The notes beneath the pieces were generated by a model. The model was not told the origin of the DNA. It ran no database searches and saw only the letters and a program-made list of their open reading frames with translations. From NCBI GenBank assembly GCA_905233445.1, contig CAJOEP010000002.1:23108-87107 (forward strand): a stretch of 64,000 nucleotides of DNA, read 5' to 3'. The stretch comes from an uncultured Bacteroidales bacterium. Its GTDB lineage: Bacteria > Bacteroidota > Bacteroidia > Bacteroidales > F082. A program made the position numbers and the translations under genes. Positions 54,554 through 63,067 of this stretch are shown one piece after another (the stretch's first letter is position 1; every line of letters starts with the position of its first letter).

Positions 54554-56113
54554 ATGTTAATCGAACAGAAAATTCAAGAGTTGTTGGACAAGCGCGCTCT
54601 CGCACGTCTCGGTGGCGGTGAGAAAGGTATCGCTAAACAACATGAAAAAGGAAAGTACACCGCTCGCGAGCGCATTGCCATGTTGCTTGACGAAGGCAGC
54701 TTCGAGGAGTTCGACATGTTCCTCACACACCGCACCACCGACTTCGGTCTGGAGAAGCAGGTGTATCTCGGCGACGGCGTCGTGACAGGCTACGGCACCA
54801 TCGACGGTCGTCTCGTCTATGTGTATTCACAGGACTTCACAGTGCTCGGCGGCTCATTGTCAGAGACCATGTCGAAGAAGATCTGCAAGGTGATGGACCA
54901 GGCCATGAAGGTCGGTGCTCCTATCATCGGCATCAACGACTCAGGCGGCGCACGTATCCAGGAAGGTTCACGCTCATTGGCAGGTTTTGCTGAGATTTTC
55001 CAGCGTAACATCAACGCATCAGGCGTAGTGCCACAGATCAGCGCTATCTTCGGTCCTTGCGCGGGCGGCGCAGTCTATTCACCTGCATTGACCGACTTCA
55101 TCCTCATGACCGAGCAGAACAGCTATATGTTCCTCACCGGCCCGAAGGTAGTGAAGACCGTGACAGGTGAAGATGTCAGCGTTGACCAGCTCGGCGGCGC
55201 TTTGGTGCACAACCAGAAGTCAGGCGTGAGCCAGTTTATGGCAGCCACAGAGGAAGAGGGTCTCGCTTTGATACGCGACCTCATCTCATATCTTCCACAG
55301 AACAACCTCGAAGAGGCTCCGCGCATCGAATGCAACGACCCTATCGACCGTAAGGAAGACGCCCTCAACGCCATCATCCCTGACAACCCGAACAAGCCAT
55401 ACGACATGAAGCAGATCATCCACGCCATCGTGGATAACGGCGAGTTCCTCGAGGTCGCAAAAGACTTCGCTAAGAACCTCATCGTCGGCTTCGCCCGTTT
55501 CGACGGCAAACCTGTCGGTATCGTCGCAAACAACCCTGCATTCTTGGCTGGCGTGCTCGACATCAACTCATCACGTAAGGGTGCTCGTTTCGTCCGCTTC
55601 TGCGACGCTTTCAACATCCCGATCGTGACCTTGGTCGACGTCCCTGGCTTCTTGCCTGGCACAGTGCAGGAATACGGAGGTGTCATCACCCACGGCGCAA
55701 AGATGCTGTTCGCTTACGGCGAGGCTACAGTGCCAAAGGTCACCATCACAATCCGCAAGTCATACGGCGGCTCACACCTCGTCATGGGTTGCAAGCAGCT
55801 CCGCGCTGACATCAACTACGCATGGCCAACAGCAGAAATCGCCGTCATGGGTCCTTCAGGCGCTGTCGAGATCCTCAACGGTAAGGAAATTGCTGGTATC
55901 GCTAGCGAAGAAGAAAAGACTGAGTTCATCGCAAAGAAAGAGAAGGAATACCGCGACAAGTTCGCAAATCCTTACGACTCAGCGAAATACGGCTACATCG
56001 ACGATGTCATCGAGCCACGCAACACACGTTTCCGCGTCATCAGAGCTTTGCAGGCACTTGAGACAAAGAAAGACACCAACCCTCCTAAGAAACATTGCAA
56101 TATTCCGTTGTAA
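54554..56113 (+). CDS. mmdA: Methylmalonyl-CoA decarboxylase alpha subunit / acyl-CoA carboxyltransferase
   Basis: Carboxyl-transferase domain sequence (GGARIQEG, ...FGPCAGGAVYSPA, RKSYGG). ATG at 54554 (the ORF-track start is TTG). Confidence 0.9.
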   Translation: MLIEQKIQELLDKRALARLGGGEKGIAKQHEKGKYTARERIAMLLDEGSFEEFDMFLTHRTTDFGLEKQVYLGDGVVTGYGTIDGRLVYVYSQDFTVLGGSLSETMSKKICKVMDQAMKVGAPIIGINDSGGARIQEGSRSLAGFAEIFQRNINASGVVPQISAIFGPCAGGAVYSPALTDFILMTEQNSYMFLTGPKVVKTVTGEDVSVDQLGGALVHNQKSGVSQFMAATEEEGLALIRDLISYLPQNNLEEAPRIECNDPIDRKEDALNAIIPDNPNKPYDMKQIIHAIVDNGEFLEVAKDFAKNLIVGFARFDGKPVGIVANNPAFLAGVLDINSSRKGARFVRFCDAFNIPIVTLVDVPGFLPGTVQEYGGVITHGAKMLFAYGEATVPKVTITIRKSYGGSHLVMGCKQLRADINYAWPTAEIAVMGPSGAVEILNGKEIAGIASEEEKTEFIAKKEKEYRDKFANPYDSAKYGYIDDVIEPRNTRFRVIRALQALETKKDTNPPKKHCNIPL

Positions 56114-56160
56114 TTTTGATTTAAAATTTAAAGATTTAAAAATTTAAAATTCAATTGAAT

Positions 56161-56547
56161 ATGAACGTGTTATCAATAATGTTATCAGCTGTTAGAGAGC
56201 CTATCGCCACACACGACTGGGTTGTCACCATCGGTGGTTTCCTCATCGTTATCACGGCTTTGGTTGTTCTTTTCTGCATCTTCACAGGATTCTCGAAGCT
56301 TGTCAACCACGACTTCAAGAAGGCGAAGAAAGAAAAGAAGGCCCCCGAGGCTCCAAACACATCAACAGCAGCGGGCTGGAAGGTCGATGACGACCTCGCG
56401 GTGGTTATCGGACTTGCTCTGGCATTGTCGAAAGACGTGCACGATGAAGAGTCAGGATTCGTGACCATTCAGAGAGTCGAGCGCCGCTATTCCCCATGGA
56501 GCTCGAAGATTTACGGATTAAATGGTTTAAACAGAAGAAATTACTAA
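56161..56547 (+). CDS. OadG-like small membrane subunit of the Na+-decarboxylase
   Basis: Single TM helix (VVTIGGFLIVITALVVLFCIF) in the conserved position within the operon. Confidence 0.7.
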   Translation: MNVLSIMLSAVREPIATHDWVVTIGGFLIVITALVVLFCIFTGFSKLVNHDFKKAKKEKKAPEAPNTSTAAGWKVDDDLAVVIGLALALSKDVHDEESGFVTIQRVERRYSPWSSKIYGLNGLNRRNY

Positions 56548-56550
56548 GCA

Positions 56551-56988
56551 ATGAAGAAATTTAAATTCACAGTCAACGGAAAAGAGTACGAAGTCGAAGT
56601 GAAGAATTACGAAGGCGAAAACGCCGAAGTTATCGTCGATGGTACTCAATATAATGTAACGGTCCAGCGTGAAGAGGAAGAGGCTCCTGCTTTCGTCGCC
56701 CCTAAACGTCAGGCTCCAAAACCGGCTGCCGCTCCTAAACAGGAGGCTGCTCCAGCCACATCGGCACCTGCCGACGGCTACAAGTCACTAGCACCGCTTC
56801 CTGGCACCGTCATGCAGATCTACGTCAACGTGGGCGACACAGTGAAACGCGGCGACAAACTCATGATGTACGAAGCCATGAAGATGGAAAACAACTTCCT
56901 CGCTGAAGTTGACGGAACAATCAAGGAAATTAAAGTCAGAGTGGGCGACAACATTCTGCAAGGCGCTGTTTTATTTGTAATTGGCTAA
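56551..56988 (+). CDS. Biotin carboxyl carrier subunit
   Basis: Ala/Pro linker and the biotinylation motif EAMKMEN. Confidence 0.9.
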   Translation: MKKFKFTVNGKEYEVEVKNYEGENAEVIVDGTQYNVTVQREEEEAPAFVAPKRQAPKPAAAPKQEAAPATSAPADGYKSLAPLPGTVMQIYVNVGDTVKRGDKLMMYEAMKMENNFLAEVDGTIKEIKVRVGDNILQGAVLFVIG

Positions 56989-56990
56989 TT

Positions 56991-58601
56991 ATGAAGAAGA
57001 GATTCAACGTTAAAAAGAAAGCTCTGCTCATCTTCGCCTTGGTGGCCATCCTGCTCGTGCTTCACGGCATCATGACATCAAGCCCTGCGATGGCTGAACA
57101 CGTCTTCAGCGCATCACAGAATGTGACGACAGAGTGCTGCCAAGCTGCTCCACAGGCCGAACAGACAGTGTCGGCAGGCGAAGCCATCGGCAGCGGAATG
57201 TATTCGTTCTGGCAGTTCACCGGCTTCCGTAACTGCACACGAGGCAACCTCATCATGATTTTGGTGGCCTTCGTGTTCATCTTCCTCGCTGTCAAGTACG
57301 ACTTCGAGCCTATGCTGCTCATCCCTATCGGAGTGGGTATCATCGTGGGTAACATCCCGTTTATCCAAGACTCATATACCTTTGATTTACAAGGCGCTTT
57401 GGCAGCCCTCTCTAAGATAGAGATTCAAGGAAACCTCACCTTTGATTTGACAGAAGCACAGAAATTCATCGTAGGATTGTACCAAGGACAAGCCGCTGAT
57501 GCAACAATGACCTGCCAGCAGGCTTTGGATCACTTCCACAGCATGACTCCTGAGCAGCTTCAGGCATTCCTGCCGGCAGGCATGGACCCTACAGCGCCTA
57601 ACACAGCCAAGTTCTTCGACGGCCTCATCAGCCAGGTGTTCAACATGAACATCCAGACTGGTGTCTATCAGAAAGGCTCAGTGTTGAACTATCTGTATTT
57701 CGGCGTCCGTCAGGGTATCTATCCTCCATTGATTTTCTTGGGAATCGGTGCTATGACCGACTTCTCATCACTGATTTCACAGCCTAGATTGATGATTCTT
57801 GGTGCCGCCGCTCAGCTCGGCGTGTTCATCACCTTCATCAGCGCCCGTGCTCTCGGTTTCGACCCACATGAGGCGGCGGCTATCGGTATCATCGGTGGTG
57901 CTGACGGTCCTACCGCTATCTTCATCTCGACAAAGATGGCTCCGCACCTCCTCGGCGCAATCGCTATCGCGGCATACTCATACATGGCCTTGGTGCCTGT
58001 TATCCAGCCGCCTATCATGCGTTTGCTCACCACCAAGGAAGAGCGTCTCATCAAGATGAGAGAGCCTCGTATGGTCGGCAAGACAGAGAAGGTAATCTTC
58101 CCTATCGTCGGTTTGTTGCTCACCACTTTCATCAGCCCTTCAGCACTTCCGTTGCTCGGTATGCTATTCTTCGGTAACCTGTTGAAAGAGAGCGGTGTGA
58201 CAAAACGTCTCGCCAACACAGCAGCCAACCCGCTCATCGACATCGTGACCATCTTGTTGGGTCTCACCGTCGGTGCATCAACACAGGCTGACGTGTTCCT
58301 GACAGTCGATTCACTCATCATCTTTGCTTTAGGTGCCTGCTCATTCGCTGTCGCAACATTCGGTGGCGTGTGCGGTGCCAAGTTGATGAACGTCTTCTGC
58401 AAAGAAGGTAATAAGATCAACCCTCTCATTGGTAACGCAGGTGTGTCGGCAGTGCCTGACGCAGCTCGTGTTTCCGAGGTCGAAGGTCAGAAATACGACC
58501 CATCGAACCACCTCCTCATGCACGCTATGGCACCGAACGTTGCAGGTGTTATCGGCTCGGCAGTGGCGGCTGGTATTTTGATGAGCTTTATTGGAATTTA
58601 A
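56991..58601 (+). CDS. mmdB: Na+-translocating decarboxylase beta subunit (OadB/MmdB family) with ~65-aa N-terminal extension
   Basis: GAMTDF, IGIIGGADGPTAI, AYSYMALVP.IQPPIMR and NPLIGNAGVSAVP are characteristic of the family. Confidence 0.9.
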   Translation: MKKRFNVKKKALLIFALVAILLVLHGIMTSSPAMAEHVFSASQNVTTECCQAAPQAEQTVSAGEAIGSGMYSFWQFTGFRNCTRGNLIMILVAFVFIFLAVKYDFEPMLLIPIGVGIIVGNIPFIQDSYTFDLQGALAALSKIEIQGNLTFDLTEAQKFIVGLYQGQAADATMTCQQALDHFHSMTPEQLQAFLPAGMDPTAPNTAKFFDGLISQVFNMNIQTGVYQKGSVLNYLYFGVRQGIYPPLIFLGIGAMTDFSSLISQPRLMILGAAAQLGVFITFISARALGFDPHEAAAIGIIGGADGPTAIFISTKMAPHLLGAIAIAAYSYMALVPVIQPPIMRLLTTKEERLIKMREPRMVGKTEKVIFPIVGLLLTTFISPSALPLLGMLFFGNLLKESGVTKRLANTAANPLIDIVTILLGLTVGASTQADVFLTVDSLIIFALGACSFAVATFGGVCGAKLMNVFCKEGNKINPLIGNAGVSAVPDAARVSEVEGQKYDPSNHLLMHAMAPNVAGVIGSAVAAGILMSFIGI

Positions 58602-58607
58602 TCCATA

Positions 58608-58676
58608 GGGCAAGGCATGCCTTGCCCGTACAGGATGTAAAAATACAATCTGTAGGGGCAACGCATGCGTTGCCCC
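58608..58676. repeat. Two adjacent GGCATGCC/GCATGC-core palindromic hairpins (family copies 3 and 4)
   Basis: gggcaaggcatgccttgccc (58608-27) and ggggcaacgcatgcgttgcccc (58655-76). The second is followed by tattttt and probably acts as the terminator. Confidence 0.85.
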
Positions 58677-58698
58677 TATTTTTGAAAAATAAAAAATC

Positions 58699-59328
58699 AT
58701 GTTATTAATCGGTATCGCCGGCGGTTCGGGGTCCGGCAAGACAACAGTAGTCAGAAAATTGATGGAGGCGCTCCCGGAAGACTCCATCTCAGTGGTGTCG
58801 CAAGACGCATATTATTGGGACAACGGCAGCCTGTCGCCCGAGGCAAAGAAGGAAATCAACTTCGACCATCCCGATGCCATCGAATGGGACTTGTTGGTGA
58901 GACATCTTGACATGCTGAAGGAAGGCAAGACCATCCCGATGCCTATCTACACCTACGTGACATGTGCCCGTTCGCAGGAAGTCATCCCTGTGAAGCCTAC
59001 GGAGGTAGTGATAGTGGAAGGCATCCTTATCATGACATGTCCTGAGTTGGTGAAACGCTTGGATATCAAGATTTTCGTGGATACCGATGGCGACGACCGC
59101 CTGATGCGCATCATCAGACGCGACATCGAGGAACGCGGAAGAACCGTGTCGGATGTCTTAAGACATTATGAAACTTTTGTGAAGCCGATGCATAACCAAT
59201 TCATCGAGCCGACAAAACGTCTGGCTGACATCATCATCCCGCAAGGCGGCAGTAACCAGGTGGCAATCGACATCATGGCGAGCCGCATCAGGATGCAGCT
59301 GAATCAGATGAAACAACAAAACAATTAA
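58699..59328 (+). CDS. udk: Uridine kinase
   Basis: P-loop IGIAGGSGSGKTT and typical Udk length and sequence. Confidence 0.9.
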   Translation: MLLIGIAGGSGSGKTTVVRKLMEALPEDSISVVSQDAYYWDNGSLSPEAKKEINFDHPDAIEWDLLVRHLDMLKEGKTIPMPIYTYVTCARSQEVIPVKPTEVVIVEGILIMTCPELVKRLDIKIFVDTDGDDRLMRIIRRDIEERGRTVSDVLRHYETFVKPMHNQFIEPTKRLADIIIPQGGSNQVAIDIMASRIRMQLNQMKQQNN

Positions 59329-59336
59329 ACAGTGTG

Positions 59337-59396
59337 GAGTTTGAAGTTTGAAGTTTTGAGTTATAACTGCAAACTTCAAACTCGTAACTTCAAACT
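59337..59396. repeat. Inverted arrays of heptamer GTTTGAA between convergent udk and 59395-59817
   Basis: ggagtttgaagtttgaagttttgagtt ... aaacttcaaactcgtaacttcaaact. The right arm reaches the stop of the minus-strand gene. Confidence 0.85.
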
Positions 59397-59817
59397 AATT
59401 AAGGGTGTAAGCGAAGCCTCTACCCTGATATTTGATTTTCTTCAAATCGTGACGGCGACTTGAAAGTTTAACGAGGCATTGGTTGATTTTTGCCTTCATT
59501 TTTATTTCATCCATATTGATATTCAAGGCATTGGCTTTTTCTATAGCTTTTGAGTATATCTCTCCGCTGGTAGTAGGCTTGCCATTGGCTTTGATCACAT
59601 TCAGGATAATTTCATCCCATTGTGACAAAGGGTATGGCTTGCGTGTCTTTTCGACGGTCATACTCACACTAGAGACGGGAAGTTCGCCTAAAAGTTTAGT
59701 CAATTCCTCAATTTTCCCGTTAAAAAATTCGTTTTTCGCAAGGTTTTTCCTCACTTCGGATTTAAACTCAGCAATCAAACCGATAATCTCTTCTCTTGAT
59801 AGCTCTTTGTTTTCCAT
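59395..59817 (-). CDS. Hypothetical 140-aa protein
   Basis: Clean ORF with an ATG start. No motif recognised. Confidence 0.5.
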   Translation of the reverse strand: MENKELSREEIIGLIAEFKSEVRKNLAKNEFFNGKIEELTKLLGELPVSSVSMTVEKTRKPYPLSQWDEIILNVIKANGKPTTSGEIYSKAIEKANALNINMDEIKMKAKINQCLVKLSSRRHDLKKIKYQGRGFAYTLN

Positions 59818-59972
59818 CTTTAAAATAATAAATATTTATAAACGATTGCAAATATAATAAAAAAACAAGAACTACAGTAATTTATTTCATGCTTTTTTAG
59901 ATTTTTATACATTTTCAGCCTTTTTGTTTAATTTTTAGGAGTTTTTGCTATATTTGCAGAAAAATTCAACAA

Positions 59973-60650
59973 ATGAGAGAGGTTACTGACTTTCTGAATA
60001 TGATTGTTGCCAACAACAACCGCCCATGGTTTCAGCAACACAAACAGTTATATGTCAATGCGCAGGAAAGATTCAATACTATTGCCGAGCAAATATTAAT
60101 AGGTGTACAGAAATTCGACCCGCTCACTCGCGGACTTACCTTGAAAGACTGCACATATCGCTTTTACCGCGACACGCGGTTCTCGCCTGACAAGAGTCCT
60201 TACAAGCGTCATTTTGGCTTGTTTATCTGTCCGAACGGCAAGAAATCGGGATTGGCTGGCTATTATTTCCATGTTGAGGGCGAGGGTGCCGAATATTTAG
60301 GACATCACGGGCTGTATCCGGGGATGTACCAGTGCGAGCCGTTCATCACGAAAAGTGTGCGCGAGGACATAAGCACCAAAGGCAACGAGTTTGTGAAAGC
60401 ACTGAAGAAAGCGAAAAATTTCTCGATGGACTTCTCTTCCAAATTAAAAAAGGTACCGAAAGAATATCCGGCTGACCATCCATATGCTGAGTATTTGAAA
60501 CTCAAGGACTTCTGTCTGCACCAACCGATTACCGACGATTTATTATATTCCGACCACCTGGTGGAATGGGTCGTCGAGGAGTTCCGCTCGTGCTACGATT
60601 TCAACTCGTTTTTGAACCGTGCGGCACTATTTGCGATGGAAAATGAATAA
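59973..60650 (+). CDS. DUF2461 (TIGR02453)-family protein
   Basis: NNNRPWFQQHK...YRFYRDTRFSPDKSPYKRHFG is typical of the family. Confidence 0.7.
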   Translation: MREVTDFLNMIVANNNRPWFQQHKQLYVNAQERFNTIAEQILIGVQKFDPLTRGLTLKDCTYRFYRDTRFSPDKSPYKRHFGLFICPNGKKSGLAGYYFHVEGEGAEYLGHHGLYPGMYQCEPFITKSVREDISTKGNEFVKALKKAKNFSMDFSSKLKKVPKEYPADHPYAEYLKLKDFCLHQPITDDLLYSDHLVEWVVEEFRSCYDFNSFLNRAALFAMENE

Positions 60651-60713
60651 TTTTTTCATTTCTGATGCAGCAAAACCGGCATTCTTTCGTTAAGAAGATG
60701 TAAAACGGACGAA

Positions 60714-61262
60714 ATGTTAGGATTCAACATTGTTTTGGAAAGGGCAAAAAAAGGCCGTCAAGAGTCGCTGATGAGGCTTTATGCCCTCTGTTGCGATGCG
60801 GTTTTCAACGCTTCGTACAGAATAGTGCTGAATGCGCAGGATGCAGAGGAGATAACGCAGGACGCATTTCTGAAAACATTTGCAAATCTTGACAGTTTCA
60901 GCGGTTCGGAGCGCGAATTTGTTGCATTTGTGAAGACCATCGCCATAAACAAAAGCATCGATTTGTTCCGAAAACGTTCGAAGAAGCCATTTTACGAGGA
61001 AATCGACGACACCGCTAACAGAATCGACGATGACACTGATTTTGAAGATTTTCCGATAGATAAAATCAAGGAGACGCTGAACAATCTACCCGATGGTTAC
61101 AGGCTGACGATAACGATGCGATTGATTGAAGGGATGGAGTTCAGCGAGATAGCGGAGAAGATGGGGATTAAGGAATCGACGGTGAGGTCGCAGTATGCGA
61201 GGGGGCTGGAGAAGTTACGAAACACAGTAACTGCACAATACAATGAGGTTCCTCACCCCTAA
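60714..61262 (+). CDS. ECF-type RNA polymerase sigma-70 factor
   Basis: Region 2 DAEEITQDAFLK and region 4 HTH FSEIAEKMGIKESTVRSQYARGLEKLR. Confidence 0.85.
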   Translation: MLGFNIVLERAKKGRQESLMRLYALCCDAVFNASYRIVLNAQDAEEITQDAFLKTFANLDSFSGSEREFVAFVKTIAINKSIDLFRKRSKKPFYEEIDDTANRIDDDTDFEDFPIDKIKETLNNLPDGYRLTITMRLIEGMEFSEIAEKMGIKESTVRSQYARGLEKLRNTVTAQYNEVPHP

Positions 61263-61308
61263 CGGGGTTCGGAATGACAGCGGTTGTCATTCCGAGCGGA
61301 GCGAGGAA
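61249..61308. repeat. cggaatgaca-family hairpin, short form
   Basis: ttcctcacccctaacggggttcggaatgaca gcgg ttgtcattccgagcggagcgaggaa. Overlaps the last 4 codons and the stop of the sigma gene. Confidence 0.8.
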
Positions 61309-61343
61309 ACTCAAACAAATAAAACGGAACAAATAAATAGAAT

Positions 61344-61874
61344 ATGAATATAGAAGAGAAAATAAGAAACAACCGCGTGGCATTTGACGAGGTGAAGATG
61401 CCGGAGGGAAGCCGGGAGAGGTTCGAGAAAAGACTACGAGACGCGGGACTGCGAGACACGAGACCTGAAAGATTTTCTCGCTTCGCTCGGAATGACAGGC
61501 ATCTTTGGTTGACGTGGACTTCGGTGGCGGCGGCAGCGGCAGTGGCAATGTTCATCATCATCAACGGAATAAAATTTGAGGTTGTGGAAAAGGTACCTAA
61601 TCAGCAAGTGGCTGACAATAAATTGATTGAGATGCGCCAGATGTACGATGAGAGAGTCGATGAGGCCATTTTCAATCTTGAAGAGGTGATGAAAAATGTC
61701 GATGACTCGACGAGGATGCAAATCAACGCGGTGATTGACGGACTGCTGAACATGGGCGATGTCTTCGCAGAATTGGCACCGCTTCCGGAAGAGAAACAGA
61801 TGGCGATTGCCGAACAGATTTACGACAACAAATTGAGAACAATTGAATTAATAACCGATAAAATAAATAAGTAA
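61344..61874 (+). CDS. Putative anti-sigma factor (single TM) whose cytoplasmic linker is built from repeat words
   Basis: Located after the ECF sigma gene. TM helix WLTWTSVAAAAAVAMFIIING. Positions 61436-61497 contain a GAGAC array plus one arm of the cggaatgaca element. Confidence 0.6.
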   Translation: MNIEEKIRNNRVAFDEVKMPEGSRERFEKRLRDAGLRDTRPERFSRFARNDRHLWLTWTSVAAAAAVAMFIIINGIKFEVVEKVPNQQVADNKLIEMRQMYDERVDEAIFNLEEVMKNVDDSTRMQINAVIDGLLNMGDVFAELAPLPEEKQMAIAEQIYDNKLRTIELITDKINK

Positions 61875-61879
61875 AGATT

Positions 61880-62941
61880 ATGAAAAAGATTTTGATTTTA
61901 ACAACTTTGGTTTTGACGGCGTTTGTATCTTTCGCCAACAGATGGAGCGACAACAACCGTTACAGCTACAGATTCGAAGAACAGAAAACCGTCGAGCAGA
62001 CTTTCGACGTCGAGGCATTGCCGAACCTCGTGATGGACGGCCGATACAGCGACTTCATCATCACCACCTGGGACCAGCCACAGATTGACATCAAGGTGAA
62101 AATCACCGTGAAAAGCGACAAGGAAAAGACAGTGCAGCAACTGATGGATATCATCAGCGTGGAGCTGACACAGGAATGCAACACCGTAACAGCAAAGACC
62201 GTTTTCAACAACAAGATCAACAAGTCGTTCAATGCCTCAGTGTCGATTAAGTATTATGTGAAAGTGCCGAAGGACGTTCTGATGGATTTGGACACCAGTT
62301 ACGGCGACATCACCATCGACGAGGCTCGCGAGGAGTTGAAAGTCAACATAAAATACGGTGATTTCAAAGCCGACAGCTTGCAAATTGACGCTATTACAAA
62401 AAACTATATTGAAGTTATATACGGAAACATCAATATTGATTATGTAAACCATATTGCCATGCGGCTCACTTACGGTGATTCCAAAATAAACACCTGCGAT
62501 TACATTGACGGATTACTGCGATACAGCAAGATTTTCATTACCAACTTAGATAATTGCATGTTGGATCTAAAATACTCGGATGCAAGAATTGAAAAGGCAA
62601 ACAAAATCAGCATGGGCAACGCTGCATATTCCGATATTAAAGTGAGAGACCTCACAAACATGATAACAGCTAATAATTTGAAATACTCCGATTTGACAGT
62701 GACAATGTCAACGTTATCCCCACAGGTCACCATCGACAGCCAGTATTCCGACGTGGTTTTGTACATTGATGAAAGCGCCTCGTTCGACTACAAGCTCGAT
62801 TCATCGTACGGCGACATCAAGCTCAAGGGCTTCTTCGACAAGAAAAACATTGAAGGCAGAGGCCATTACGGCGACGGGGAGCGCGGTTTGCTCGACATCT
62901 CGGTCAAGTATGGCGATGTGGATATCATAAAAAACAAATAA
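61880..62941 (+). CDS. DUF4097-like beta-repeat protein (putative adhesin), secreted
   Basis: Signal peptide and repeated YGD(I/V/F)K / YSD(I/L/V) strands. Confidence 0.65.
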   Translation: MKKILILTTLVLTAFVSFANRWSDNNRYSYRFEEQKTVEQTFDVEALPNLVMDGRYSDFIITTWDQPQIDIKVKITVKSDKEKTVQQLMDIISVELTQECNTVTAKTVFNNKINKSFNASVSIKYYVKVPKDVLMDLDTSYGDITIDEAREELKVNIKYGDFKADSLQIDAITKNYIEVIYGNINIDYVNHIAMRLTYGDSKINTCDYIDGLLRYSKIFITNLDNCMLDLKYSDARIEKANKISMGNAAYSDIKVRDLTNMITANNLKYSDLTVTMSTLSPQVTIDSQYSDVVLYIDESASFDYKLDSSYGDIKLKGFFDKKNIEGRGHYGDGERGLLDISVKYGDVDIIKNK

Positions 62942-63067
62942 TCTTTTTTTCATACTTTGAATTTTTAATGCCGGATTTCATAGGTTCGGCATATTTTTTT
63001 ACTATTTTTGTATGCTTTTTGTAATAAAATTGAATTATTATTGTTTAATAAAGAAAATGTTAATAGC

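Noticed and set aside
56991-57200. N-terminal ~65-aa extension of the decarboxylase beta subunit (extra TM helix plus a Cys-containing linker) as a novel fusion.
   Set aside because: The central loop I first took for an insertion is also present in the enterobacterial OadB I recall. N-terminal length in this family is variable and I cannot judge its novelty without alignments.
58341-58787. 148-aa minus-strand ORF spanning the mmdB end, the palindromes and the udk start.
   Set aside because: It reads through the palindromic repeats (GATHALPLQ...RARHALPYG, mirror-image peptides) and overlaps two well-supported plus-strand genes, so it is an artefact.
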